The notes under the pieces are model-generated. The model saw nothing but the letters and a program-made list of their open reading frames with translations, ran no database searches and was not told the DNA's origin. The position numbers and the translations under genes were made by a program. This document shows, piece after piece, positions 40,160 through 52,710 of a DNA stretch of 64,000 nucleotides. The DNA is from Pristiophorus japonicus. Lineage: Eukaryota. Every line of letters begins with the position of its first letter. Position 1 is the first letter of the stretch. The stretch is from positions 35,030,001 to 35,094,000 of the forward strand of contig NC_091999.1 of assembly GCF_044704955.1 (NCBI RefSeq), read 5' to 3'.

Positions 40160-40560
40160 TCAGATGGATTGGGCCTGTACTCTCTTGGGTTTAGAATAAT
40201 GAGAGGTGATCGGATTGAAACATAAGATTCTGAGAGCGATTGACAGGATAAATGCTGAAGCGTTGTTTCTCCCTGGCTGGAGAGTCCAGAACTAGGGAGG
40301 CACTGTCTAAAGATAAAGGATCGGCCAGTTAAGACAGAGACGAGGAGGAATTCCTCTACTCAGAGGGTTCTGAACCTTTGGAATTCTCTGCCCCAGAGGG
40401 CTGTGGATGCTGAGTCTCTAAATATATTCAAGACACAAATAGATAGATTTTTGGCTCAAGCAAAACTAGGGATAATTATCAGCCCTGAATGTATTGAATT
40501 GCGCAGAAAACTCGAGGGGCCATTAGGTCTACTCCTGCTCCTATTTCTTATGTTCTTATG
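40160..40560 (+). mobile_element. CR1 3' fragment downstream of TM2
   Basis: CR1 RT end, 3'UTR and TTCTTATG tail. Confidence 0.8.
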
Positions 40561-40908
40561 TCGGAGCTGCCAGCTATCTGTACTGTTGTGACAGACACCA
40601 GAGGGAGAGAAAACAGGGGTTCAGCATAAAGGGAATGGAAAAATTGTGAATAAAAATGAGTAAAGTTACTTATTTGCACACGAAATATTCAAGGCACGGT
40701 GAAATCCCGAGATACAGTTACATTACAGCCACAATTATCGTACATATTTCAAACTCAAAGACGGAAATCCCAGTTATATATTTCTCAGCTACTGATTCGG
40801 ATCTAGTAACTTGAGGCATTTTACTCTGAGAATCACCAAGAGGACATAGTTTATTTTTAGTGACACAGAGATGATAAACAGATGAAGAAAATCCACGGCG
40901 GCCGAAAG

Positions 40909-40924
40909 TCAGACCATCACTTGA
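40909..40924 (-). CDS. IGHM: IgM TM2 exon (altered junction)
   Basis: Polypyrimidine tract + ttacag, then TCAAGTGATGGTCTGA; resembles GTC-AAG-TGA (VK*) lacking its first G; candidate AATAAA at 40855-40850 and 40072-40067. Confidence 0.75.
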
Positions 40925-41040
40925 CTGTAATAGAGAGATAAAAGAATGAAGCTGAGGTTTAGTGCTCTAGGGCATTTATCTCAGGATTTGTCAAACGGCT
41001 TCCGTCAGATGGAAGTATGAGCGGATTGAATCTTCCCAAC

Positions 41041-41167
41041 TTCACCAGAGTGATGGCAGTGCTGTAGGAAATGCTCAGGAAGAACAGGATGATGAATGTG
41101 GAAGCGGTTGTCCAGATTTTGTCGCTCTCGTCCTCGTACTCTTCACTCCAGATGTGGTCTGAGGAAT
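41041..41167 (-). CDS. IGHM: IgM TM1 exon
   Basis: Acceptor ccgtag; DSSDHIWSEEYEDESDKIWTTASTFIILFFLSISYSTAITLV with CART motif; the only available GT donor (41040) is shifted by one base. Confidence 0.93.
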
Positions 41168-41859
41168 CTACGGGGATGTAGGGGAGGAAATATATTCAGA
41201 TCGTTTTTAATGCGGGATGTCATACTATTAATTTATTTCCTCTTTTCTTTCCCGTAAGGTATTAGTTTATACTCTAATTTAACTTTGAATGTATACCTTG
41301 TGTTAAGTTAATCACTCTCAGCAACCTCTCTCTGTGCCTCACTCCACAGTCGCTCTTCCTTTATGATCCTCTTTTCGTCCGTTTTGGAAAATATGATAGT
41401 TTTTCTTCAATCTCAGAGGCTAATTGATTTTGGATGACTTCGTTACGATTGATCATTCCAGAATAATATGATGAAATATCGAGTGAGGATTACAGCTGGA
41501 TCGCTATTGCGTTTCGGTAGGTTAAGGTAGTTAATTATTTGGAGCCTGCCAAAGGGGCTATTTAAGAGATCAGTTGTGAGTTTTTACCTTGTTTATTTAT
41601 TTGTTAAGACAATGCTCTGTCCATAATTAACATATCGGTTTGCAAGAACTATATTGATCCAGTGTATGTGTAAGGATAGAATAGTGAAATGTGAGATATT
41701 ATGGTATCAGGTATTATTTATTCTGGCCAAGCATTGGTACTTTGTCCGGCCAAAAACTGCATTTTAATTGACATTCGTCTATAGCCGGACGTTTTTGTTT
41801 GTGCTCTTTACTGTTTATGTGAGTGCATGACTATCTCTTGTTCTGGATTAGTTCATGTT

Positions 41860-44800
41860 TCTGTGTCTCTGTGAGGGTGTTACTGTGTGTGTTTATGTAA
41901 TTGTGTGCGTGCTTTTCTCTCTGTGTGTACGTTTATGTGTAAAAGTGTGTGTGTGTGTGTGTTTATGTGTAACTGTGTTTGTTGATGTGTAAGTTTGTGC
42001 ACGTGTGCAGTTGTAAGATTGAGTATGCGTGTGTAAATCTTTGTGTTATTTTGTGTAAGTGGGCCTGTGTCTATATGGAAGCGTGTGTTTATCTGTAATT
42101 ATGAGTGTGCGATTTGGTGTAGTTGGGTGCAGGTAAGTTTATGTATAAGCACGTCCATGTCTAAGGGTTTGTGTATTGATGTTTGTGTGTGTATGTTTGT
42201 GTGCAAGTGTATTCACGTGTGTGCATTTGTGTAAGTGTATGTGTATCCTTGTGTATATGTATGTAAGTTCATGTGTGTGTTTGTCTGTAAGTGTAAGTGT
42301 GTGATTATGTCTGAGTGTTCGTTTATGTTTAGGTGTAAGTGTGTGCGTGTTTACATGTAACAGTGGGTTTGCAGGTAAGTTTGTGTGTGTGTGTTTTATG
42401 TTAGTGTGTGTGTGGATTGATGTGTGTGCTTATGTGTGTGTAAGTGTGTGTAAGTGTGTTTTTGTAAGTGAGTGTTTGGATTGATGTATGTGGAAGTGTG
42501 TGTTTGTAAGTGGGTGTTTGGATTGACGTGTGTGAAAATGTGTGTGTGTAAGTGTGTATAAGTGTGCTTTTTGTAAGTGTGTTTGGATTGATGTTTGTGT
42601 TTATGTGTGTTTAAGTGTGTGTACGTGTGTTTTGTGTAAGTGCATGTGTGGATTCATGTGTGCGTTTATGTGTTTGTAAATGTGTTTTGTGTAAGTGTGT
42701 ATAAGTGTTTGCACGTGTGTTTTGTGTAAGTGTGTGTGTGGATTGACGTGTGTGTTTATGTGTGTGTAAGTGTGTGTGTGTGTGTGTTTTGGGTAAGTGC
42801 GTGTGTGGATTGATGTGTATGTTTATGTGTGTGTAAGTGTGTTTTGCGTAAGTGCGTGTGTGGATTGATGTGTATGTTTATGTGTGAGTAAGTGTGTTTT
42901 GTGTAAGTGCGTGTGTGGATTGATGTGTGTGTTAATGTGTGTGTAAGTGTGTGTACCTGTGTTTTGTGTAAGTGTATGTGTGGATTGATGTGTCTGTGTA
43001 TGTGTGTGAAAGTGTGTTTTGTGTAAGTGCGTGTATAGATTGATGTGTCTATTTATGTGTGTGCAAGTGTGCTTTTTGTAAGTGTGTTTGGATTGGTATG
43101 TGTGTGTTTATGTGTGTGTAAGTGTGTTCCGTGTAAGTGTGTGTAAGTGTGCTTTGTGTAATTGTGTGTTTGGATTGATGTGTGTGTGTAAGTGTGTGTA
43201 AGTTTATTTTGTGTAAGTATATGTGTGGATTGATGTGAAGTAATTATGGGTGTGTAAGTGCGTGTCAGTATGTTTTGTGAAATGTGTGTGTGGATTGAAG
43301 TGTGTCTTTATGTGTGTGTAACTGTGTTTTGTGTAGTGTGTGTTTGGATTATTGTCTATTATTGCTAATGTTCGAAGTTTCAGAGAGTATCAATAACTGG
43401 ATTTTACAATGATGGTTTTCATTATATTCTAGTTATGTGTAATATTGTGTGTCAGAGTGTTAACGTATGTCTTTATATATAAGTCTATGTGTGTTTATGT
43501 GTAATTGTGCACTTACACAAAAACACAAACACTTACACAAAATCATCAACACACTTCCATGTGAACACACACAACCTCACTTTCATATTTATTCTCCCGA
43601 CTCTGTAAATGTGTTCTGTTTGAGGAATAATGTGACGTCAGCCGAAAGAATGCAACAATTCAACCGATGGGCCTCAGAAACATCAGGGACACTGTGAGAA
43701 ACCCGCAGAGGATTAATTCACCAGTTTAGATATGGCCCGTTAGAATTCAACATGTTCGTTTACAATTAACAGGGACAATTTCACCCCAACACTATTTAAA
43801 AATATTACGTGGAATAAATAGTTATTTCAGAATAGAATACTCATGTGGCAAGTTTAAAATCTTTACACCATGGGTTAGAATCTCACATTGTACACAGTGT
43901 GTTTATGTGTGTGTAAATGTGATTTTTGTAAGTGTGTATAAGTGTTTGTAAGTGTGTGTAAGTGTTTGCACCTGTGTTTTGTGTAAGTGTGTGTGTGGAT
44001 TGACGTGTGTGTTTATGTGTGTGTGCGTGTGTGGATTGATGTGTATGTTTGTGTGTGTAAGTGTGTTTTGTGTAAGTGCGTGTGTGGATTGATATGTGTA
44101 TTTATGTGTGCGTAAGTGTGTTTTGTGTAAGTGTGTCTGTGGATTGATGTGAGTATTTATGTGTGTGTAAGTGTGTTTGGTGTAAGTACGTGTGTGGATT
44201 GATGTGTGTGTTTATGTGTGTGAAAGTATCTTTTTTGTAATTGCGTGTATGGATTGATGTGTGTATTTATGTGTGTGTAAGTATATGCAAGTTTGGTTTT
44301 TGTAAGTGTGTGTTTGGATTGGTGTGTGTGTATTTATGTGTGTGTAAGTGTGTTTGGTGTAAGTGTGTGTGTGGATTGATGTGTGTGTTTATGTGTGTGA
44401 AAGTATGTTTTATGTAAGTGTGTGTATGGATTGATGTGTGTATTTATGTGTGTGTAAGTATATGCAAGTGTGGTTTTTGTAAGTGTGTGTTTGGATTGGT
44501 GTCTGTGTGTTTATGTGTGTGTAAGTGTGTTTGGTGTAAGTGTGTGTGTGGATTGATGTGTGTGTTTATGTGTGTGAAAGTATGTTTTATGTAAGTGCGT
44601 GTATGGATTGATGTGTGTATGTATGTGTGTGTAAGTGTGTGCAAGTGTGCATTTTGTAAGTGTGTGTTTGGATTGGTGTGTGTGTTTATGCGTGTGTAAG
44701 TGTGTTTTGTGTAAGTGTGCTTTGTGTAAGTGTGTGTGTGGATTGACGTGTGTTTTTATGTGTGTAAGTGTGTGTAACTGTGTTTTGTGTAGTGTGTGTT

Positions 44801-45360
44801 TGGATTGATATCTATTATTGCTACTGTTCGAAGTTTCAGAGAGTATCAATAACTGGATTTTACAAAGATGGTTTTCATTATATTCTAGTTATGTATAATA
44901 TTATGTGTCAGAGTGTTAATGTATGTCTTTATATGTAAGTCTATGTGTGTTTATGTGTAATTGTGCACTTACACAAAAACACACACACTTACACAAAGTC
45001 ATCAACATACTTCCATGTGAACACACACAAACTCACTTTCACATTTATTCTCCCTGGCTCTGTGTAAATGTGTTCTGTTTGAGGAATAATGTGACGTCAG
45101 CTGAAAGAATGCAACGATTCAACCGATGGGCCTCAGAAACATCAGGGACACAACTGTGAGAAACCCGCAGTGGATTCAATCACCAGTTTAGATATGGCCC
45201 ATTAGAATTCAACATGTTTGTTTACAATTAACAGGGACTGCTGCACCCCCAACCCTATTTAAAAATATTACGTGGAATAAATAGTTATTTCAGAATATAA
45301 TACTCATGTGGCAAATTTAAAATATTTAGACCATGGTTTAGAATCTCACATTGTACTGAT
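41860..45360. repeat. TG-rich degenerate satellite with a ~1.45-kb tandem duplication in the CH4-TM1 intron
   Basis: (gtgtaagtgt..ggattgat)n arrays; the unique block 43345-43895 is repeated at 44800-45355. Confidence 0.9.
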
Positions 45361-46158
45361 GCCAACTTAGTCCATATAAAATAGGGTGGTTCACTTCCCA
45401 TGTCCCTGCAGGGGGCGCAGTGGTGATTACATGAATTACACATTGCCCTTTCCCCTCTCGCTGGTGGATGTGATAGGTCCAGTAAGCTAATAATTACCCT
45501 TTACTCTCTCTCAGCTGGGGGAGTGGGGAGCGACAGTAGATTACCAATTACCCATCACAATCTCTGCTGGGGGAGTGCCTGATACAGTGGGTTAACTATT
45601 GCCCATTTCCCTATCTCTGGTGGAGGAGGGAGTGTACAGTGGGTTAACAATTGCTGTACCTCTCACTCGCTGTTGGGGGAATGGTATTAAAGTGGCCCAA
45701 CAATTACCGTCCCCCCCCCCTCTCTCTAGTTAGGGAAGTGGTTCTAAAGTTGGTTAACAATTACCCTTTCCCCTCTCTCTGGTGGGGAGTGGAGGTACAG
45801 TTCGTGTTCGTGTGTGGCACTCACTTCAGTTCCCCGTGGCTGCAATATGAAACTGACTTCAATTCTGAATTTGCGGTAGACAACCCGAGAAATAGGGACA
45901 CCGAGATATAAATGTGCTGCCTTTATTTATCGGAAATAGGAAAGGTAGGAAGTTTGTGAAGTTACTTTCATGAATCCTGTAAAGATAGAGCTTCACGCTG
46001 TCTCTAGCCCATGGTGTTTCTGCACTGGGAGCTCTGGCTGTACAAGCCTTGGACCAGAGAACAGCAAACCCCCTACTTCGCCCTCACATTGGCCAAAATA
46101 GGAAACACAATTAATTTTGCGGCAGTGTGTTTAGCTCACTGTTGGAAGGAGAACACTT

Positions 46159-46164
46159 TTTATT
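46159..46164 (-). terminator. Secretory mu polyadenylation signal AATAAA
   Basis: AATAAA ~40 nt after the secretory stop codon. Confidence 0.8.
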
Positions 46165-46202
46165 GGTTTCTATTTAAGAACTGAAAGGCAATCGAGAGAT
46201 TG

Positions 46203-46594
46203 TCATTGACAAGAATTGACGGTGTCCATCAGAACAAGGGAAATATTCACAAAACTGGGTTTACCGCTGGATTTATTGACGATTCTGTTGGTGATCTTCA
46301 AGGGGATCGCTTCATGTCCCACCACACAGGAGTAAGAAGCGCCGCTGGCCCACTCCTCGGCTGCAATGGATAGCAGGCTGTACATGAAGAAGGAGCTGCT
46401 GCCGTTCTCCGCCATCACCTCGGTGTTCTTGTAGTTGCCGGAATCCACCGGCTTGTCATTGACGGTCCATTTGACGAAGATCTCTCGGGGGGAGAAACCT
46501 CTCACTAAGCAGGTGAGGCTGACCAACCTCGGAGCGGAGACTTCTTCTACCGAGGGCAGGAGGACAGTCACGGCCGGTTCCCGCCGATCTTTCG
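46203..46594 (-). CDS. IGHM: IgM CH4 exon plus secretory tailpiece
   Basis: [14 protein letters not shown]...[18 protein letters not shown]...[11 protein letters not shown]...[20 protein letters not shown]; internal G|GTAAA donor at 46264 for the membrane form; tailpiece NIS sequon and penultimate Cys intact. Confidence 0.97.
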
Positions 46595-47507
46595 CTGTAG
46601 AACAGTTAGAATAAAGGTCAATGAACTGGACAGCTCCAGAGACAATGGGGGTGAACTTTAACCTAATGGAGCGGGCGGATTGTGGTCGTGGAGGTGGCTA
46701 AATTGGTAAAAATCGATATCCCGACCTCAACGCGCCCACTCCCGGTTGTAATATTATAGTTGAGTAAAATATTTAAATGAGAATGGAATCTTCAATTTTA
46801 ACCACCATTTGGTGTTTAACAGTCGCTGGTCCAGTTTGACACACTGTGTAAATCCCTGCAGTTACGGCGAGGCGGGGACTGCTGCACCCAGGTGGTAATT
46901 GCCCTTACACCTACCGCTGGATCCAGGGTCCCTGCCTAACCCACCCCCCGCGATCCGAGACCTCCTCACTCGGCTTCCAATCCTCCCGTTCTCCCGGGTG
47001 GCCTGTGAGACCACCGCCCACAACTCGCCTTCCTTATTTAAATTTAGCCAATTTCAGGTGGTTAGATGTGAGAGAAATGGACACTGCGTTGAATTTTAAC
47101 GCTTTTCCTTTTCCCCTCTGGGGCCTTTCTGGTTTTTCATCCCGCAGCAGAGGGAACACAATTTTTCTCTCTGAAATCTTGAAGGATTGGTCTGGAAAAT
47201 TACATAGAATTTACTGCACAGAATGAGGAGATTTGGCCAACTGGTCTATGCCGGTGTGTATGTTCCACACAAGCCACCTCCTAGCTCACTTAATTTAATC
47301 CTAATAACATACCCTTCTATTCCTTTCTCACTCATGGACTTATCCACTTTCCCCTAAAATACATAATGTCAGGTCACAGAGTGCAGAGTTCGTGGAATTA
47401 CCAAACTGAATGATCAAAGTAGCCCATTAAACATTTTATATAATGATTGGGTCTTGCACATGCCTTAGTCACAGTATCTCACTTATTGCAACAATCGCCC
47501 CGCTCAC

Positions 47508-47816
47508 CCTTTTCCTTGTGGATGGAATCTCTGATCGGAGTCGGCATATCCTGATGGCTCACCACGCAGTAGAACTTATCCCCACTCAGCCAGTCTTGTG
47601 TCGAGATGTTTAAGTTGCTGATCACGCTGTTGGGATCCTCTCCCGGTTGGACGGCAATCTCTGATTTCAAAGCCTCCTTTTCTCGGGTCCAGGACACGGT
47701 GAGCCCATAAGGAGCGTCAGACACGACGCAGGTTAAGGTCACCGTCGCCTCCAGTAAGACCTGTTCCAGTGACGGTGGGCGAAGAGTGATTTTTGAATCA
47801 CTGCATGGGACATCCA
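47508..47816 (-). CDS. IGHM: IgM CH3 exon
   Basis: 309-nt phase-1 exon: [32 protein letters not shown]...[19 protein letters not shown]; GTGAGC donor. Confidence 0.96.
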
Positions 47817-48519
47817 CTGCGAAACAGGAATGAAAGTCAGGAAAAGCTGCAGCTTCAGAATCAGGACACCAATATTTAGCCTTAACTCTTTCAAGGGGAA
47901 TATATCACATTTGAGGTATCAACCTCCCGCTGTTGCTTTAACACCGTTATTGGAAGGACAATTAACTGGCAACGATTCCAGGAGATCTGTAACATTTCCT
48001 GTGCATTTGCAGCCAGAGACACCTGTAACGGGCTGTGAAGCAAATACCCGGAGTAAAATGGGAATTCTTTGGGGCGCAATTATGTTAGGCATTGAATAGC
48101 GCTCTTCCTGAAATCCCTTGCTCCTTTACACCCGTCTATAGATACTTGCACCCAAATTCATCTCTGCTGGTTATAATAGCTGAAGCCCGAATAGCCCGAG
48201 GTTCAAGAGGTCGACACCAGCATTATACTGGTTCAAAACCAGTGTCAAATTAATTTCAAGATTTATGGGACAACAGGAAACAATGTTAAGTTTCTGGTAT
48301 CTTGCTGCGTTTTTTGTTGCGGTGAAATTGTGCAGTAACCAGTCACAGCCCACGTCTGAGGAGAAGTGCAAGGTCGGGAGAATGGAGTTCCAAGGAATCT
48401 TTATGGTGGGGCATCATTTGTAATGGTGTGAAGTAGTTTTTTAAATTTCTGTAAGTACTGAATATTTATCATGTCTGGTGAGAGAAAGTCAGAGTGAAAT
48501 ATGACCTCAGGGCATTAAT

Positions 48520-49020
48520 AGCAGCATAGGAACAGTAGGTGGCCATTCAGCCTATCCATCCTATCCCGCCATCCAGTTAGATCATGGCTGATCAACACTC
48601 AACACCATCTTCCCGCCTTGATAACCTTGCCTGACAAAAATCTATCAATCTCAATTTTCAACTTTTCAATTGAAAGCAAGCATCAGCAGCTTTTGCGGAG
48701 GGAAATCCCGACTTGCACTATTCTTCCTGTGAGAAAAGTCTTTGTGACATCACCTCTGCAAGGCCTAACTCTAATGTTAAGGTTCTGCTACTTGTTCTGG
48801 ACTCTCCCATCAAACTAAATAAATGTTTCTATATCTACTCGATCAATTCCATTGATCAACTTAAACACCTCAATTGGATCATCTCTTAACGTTCTATACT
48901 CGTCTCCAGATCATTTTACATTATAGGCCCGGTTTAATTCGGGTAAACGTGCAGTTTAGCGCATCCACGTATATCCTTCCTGAGGTGCGGAGCGCAGAAC
49001 TGGGCTCAGTGCTCTGAATA
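48520..49020 (-). mobile_element. Old CR1 3' fragment in the CH2-CH3 intron
   Basis: CR1 3'UTR hairpin region and RT end on the minus strand. Confidence 0.65.
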
Positions 49021-49189
49021 GGGTAGATGCTCATTCTAGCAGGGTTCCTGGACAGTTGGCAGGAAAGGGGTCCAGACTCCTACTGCCACTCCGTATATGA
49101 TCAGCCAACTCAGAATAAACCTGTGACTAAGGACACTTCACTCACTGCCTGACATCAGAGCAAGGGGAAAACTTCTTTGGCGAGGTTAA

Positions 49190-49640
49190 TAAAGCCTGAG
49201 CAATGAGGAATCCTGAACCAGAAGATAGTGGATTGAATTCACACTCCAGATACTTGATCACAAAATGTAAGCTGAGTCTCCCAGTGCAGTACTGGGAGCA
49301 TGGCGCAATGTCGGAGGTGCCGTCAGTTGGATCAGGTGTTAAACCGTGGATCCATCTGGCCTCTCAGGTGGAGGTAAAAGATACCTTGGCATTATTTCAA
49401 TGAAAAGCAGAGGAGTTCTCCCTGGTAGCCTGGGAATATTTATCCCTCAAGAAATATCACTCAACAAAAAAAAATGGTCATTATCACACTGTTGTTTTTG
49501 GGAGCTTGCTGTGCACTAAATGACTGCCGAACTTTGTACATTACAACTATGACAACATTTCACAACTTAATTCATTGGCTGGCAAGCGCTTTGGTTCAGT
49601 CTGTGGTCGCTGATGGCGCTGTATAAAGGCAAGTTTGTAT
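49190..49640 (+). mobile_element. Deu-domain SINE (SacSINE/AmnSINE-like); related copies lie in each tDNA unit (~23495-23725, 28775-29020, 31195-31440, 32920-33160)
   Basis: GGAGGTGCCGTC..GGAT..TTAAACCG..TAAAAGAT.CC.TGGCA.TATT core resembles the Deu domain (recalled consensus); tRNA-like heads in the array copies. Confidence 0.65.
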
Positions 49641-49768
49641 CGCAAGAATACACAGACTGCATGATTGGAAATTTGGAACAGTCCTCTGCTTTTTACTAAT
49701 TCCAATGAAACACCAGACTAGGTCAGCGCTCAGAATGGTCTGGAACCTCCCGGGATTGTGCCTCTTAC

Positions 49769-50086
49769 CCTGAGATCTGCTGAAGTTACGGCTTTGCGTG
49801 ACCCCTTCATGAGTGACTTGGCAGGTGTAGACCGAGCCGGTGAACCATTCCTCGGCGGGGACTGTCAGCCGACTGGCCGTCGAGAAGTTCCCGTTCACCT
49901 CAAAGACGGGAGAGGTGACGAAGCCCGAATCCAGGAGTTGTCCACTCTTCAGCCAATTCACGGTCAGTGACTTTGGCCGGAAATCGATGATTGAACACAC
50001 GGCGCTTGCATATCTGCTGGTGGTGATTTGTTCAGTGGAACTCAGCGTGAGGAGAACAGTTGGAGGACCGATGTCCGGTTCAGGAT
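49769..50086 (-). CDS. IGHM: IgM CH2 exon
   Basis: 318-nt phase-1 exon: [13 protein letters not shown]...[18 protein letters not shown]...[13 protein letters not shown]...RSQ; GTAAGA donor. Confidence 0.96.
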
Positions 50087-50204
50087 CTTCAAAAAAAAAC
50101 ATATTACTGACATTGCTTGTAAAATAAATGATTAAGAAATGCAAAGTGTCCTTATATTTTAACAGGTTCTTTGCTATCAGACTAACACTAACCAGGCATT
50201 TACA

Positions 50205-50655
50205 GAGAGCAGAACTGTGCACAGTATTCTCAGTGTAATATGCAGACCAGAACTGTGCATAATATTCTAAGTGCGATATGAGGTCCAGAACCATGCACAG
50301 TATTCTAAGCATGATATGGAGACCACAACTTTATGCCGTATTCTAAGTATGAGATCGAAACCAGAACTTTAAAGAATATTCTAACTGTGATATGGAGACC
50401 GGAACTGTGCATAATATTCTTAGTATGATATGGAGACCAGAACTTTAGACACTAATCTAAGTATGAGATGGAAACCAGAATTGTGACCAATATTCTAAAT
50501 GTGATAAGGAGACTAGAACTGTGCTCAGTATTCTAAGTATTATGTGGAAATCATAACTGTACACAATACTCTAAGTGTGATTTGGAGACGAGAACTGTAC
50601 ACAGCATTCTAAGTATGATAGGGAGAGCAGAACTGTACACAGTACTCTAGGTGTT
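50205..50655. repeat. 38-bp minisatellite, about 12 copies, in the CH1-CH2 intron
   Basis: agaactgtgcacagtattctaagtatgatatggagacc; agaac recurs at 50211, 50249, 50287... Confidence 0.9.
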
Positions 50656-50732
50656 GTCTTACCAAATTGCTATACAAGTTGAGCATAATTTGTCATCTTA
50701 TCATTGTTTGCCCTGTAACCCACATCACTAAC

Positions 50733-51032
50733 CTGGCATTGTGATGGCCCAGACCGACACACCACGTCGAACCTCACAGAAGATTGTGCTACTCCCCACA
50801 TCTGACTTGGTGATGGTTAACTGGCTGCTCTGGGTGTAGATTCCTTTCTTGTTGAACACTGACGGGTAGGTCTTCAATGCAGTGGTGATGGGATCTTTAT
50901 CTTTCTTCCAGGAAAGGCTGGTGATGTCGGGGGAGTAGTCCATCGCCAAACAGCCGTATGTGATGGAGCCATCGGTGCTGGGTTGTTCACAGGAGGAGAG
51001 CAGGGCGTAGAGATTGGGGGGAAACGGTGTTA
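50733..51032 (-). CDS. IGHM: IgM CH1 exon
   Basis: AG/GT-bounded 300-nt phase-1 exon: [17 protein letters not shown]...[19 protein letters not shown]...TYPSV...IFCEVRRG; early Cys for light-chain linkage retained. Confidence 0.96.
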
Positions 51033-51589
51033 CTGAGAAAGAATGGCCCATTGAACAAGTTAGACTCTGTAATCCATGCTTATAAAAGAAAGAAACAACT
51101 CGAAATTTGACTGCAGAATAAACTAATTCCACCATTTTCCCATCAAAGACTACACGGGCATTTGAGCTTCTGTCAGTTCCTTTATAAGCACCTGTCGATG
51201 CCCTGGTCAGGAACACACCTTTCTATCCCCGAGCTCTATCACATTACACAACAAGAACCTTTACACAACTCGCCAATAAAGAATCCTTCATTGGTTCATA
51301 CAATAGAAGAACAGAGGCATGTTCCTGCTATTTCGGCCTGCATTTATTTCTCAATCAGCACCATTTCTGGTCCTTTATATAATTGCAGTTTGGGGAAGTT
51401 CGCTCTGTGCACATTGCCTGCAGTGTATCCCAACAAAACAATAGTGACTGCACTTCAAAGTAACAGCGGAATTCCTGCTTCGGACGTTAGCAAAAAACCC
51501 TCTAAATTTGCCTACCACATAATTCAACAGATAGCATTTCCATAGTCTAGTTTCTAAGATTCAAGCTGGAGATGAATCGCGATTGAGTC

Positions 51590-52710
51590 GAATTTCTCCC
51601 TTATTTCCTCAGCATTTGAGGAAGAGCGATGTCACTCAGTGCAATGTGATCTGGACTCTATCCCATCCTGTTGAATGCATGCCTCTTGAGTTTCCTCCTC
51701 CATCCCTTTCAATTAATAATCCGAATAAAATACCATTCCAAAATCCGGTTAATTGGAAGTTTCTCCTTAAATGGCCCATTTCAGTTCCCATTGCTGTTCT
51801 TGTTATATAACAACGACCTGGACTTGGATATCGGGAATACAATTTCGAAGTTCGAAGATGAGGCAAAACCTGGCAACGTAGCCTATAGTGAGCATGAAAG
51901 CAGCAGACTCCATGAGGAGACAGATGGACCAGTGAAATGGGCCGGGACATGGCAATTGCAATTTAATGCGAATCATTGAGAAGCGATGCACATTGGGTGG
52001 AAGATGGAGAGGCAGTGTAATCTAAATAGTATTGTTTTGAGTGGATGCACGAACAGAGAGTCGTAGATGTACATATTTACAAATCTTTGAACGGGGCAGG
52101 GCAAACTGGTAAGACAGTTATGAAAGATTATGGGATACTTGACTTTCTAAATGGGGAAAAGACTACAAAAACAAGGCGGTTATGCTAAACATACAGATCA
52201 CGTGTTAGGCCTCAGCTGGAGTATTGTGCACAATTCTGGAACAACAATGTAGGAAGGATGTCAAGCCCTTGGGGAGTCTAGAGGGGCGGCTTTTACCAGG
52301 ATTATGCCAGGGATGCGGACTTCAGTTATGTGGAGAGATTGGAAAAGCAGGGATGTTCTCCTTAGAACAGAGGTTAAGAAGAAACGTAAGAGAGATATTC
52401 AACATTATGATAGTTTTTGATAGAGCAAGTAGGGAGAAACTGCTTCCGCTGGAAAGTAGGTGGGTAACCAAAGGTCACAGATTTAAAATAATTGGCAAAA
52501 GATCAAAAGGGAAAATTGGGGCAATTGTTTCACACAGAGGGTTGGTAATTTCAGGAATGCTCCAAGCAGATCCTCCTGTATGTCCGGAGGACACATGTGC
52601 ACGTTTACAAGGAAAACCCTGGGGAGTTGGATTAAATTGGACAGCTCTTTCAGAGCCGGCACAGGCACGATGCTTGAATGGCCTTTTCAGTGCTGTGAGA
52701 TGCTATCATT
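51590..52710 (+). mobile_element. Old CR1 fragment in the J-CH1 intron
   Basis: YNNDLD..ISKFEDEAK; RPQLEYCAQFW remnants. Confidence 0.8.

Noticed and set aside
42043-45159. His/Thr-rich or Val/Cys-rich ORFs
   Set aside because: Artefacts of the TG/CA-rich satellite.
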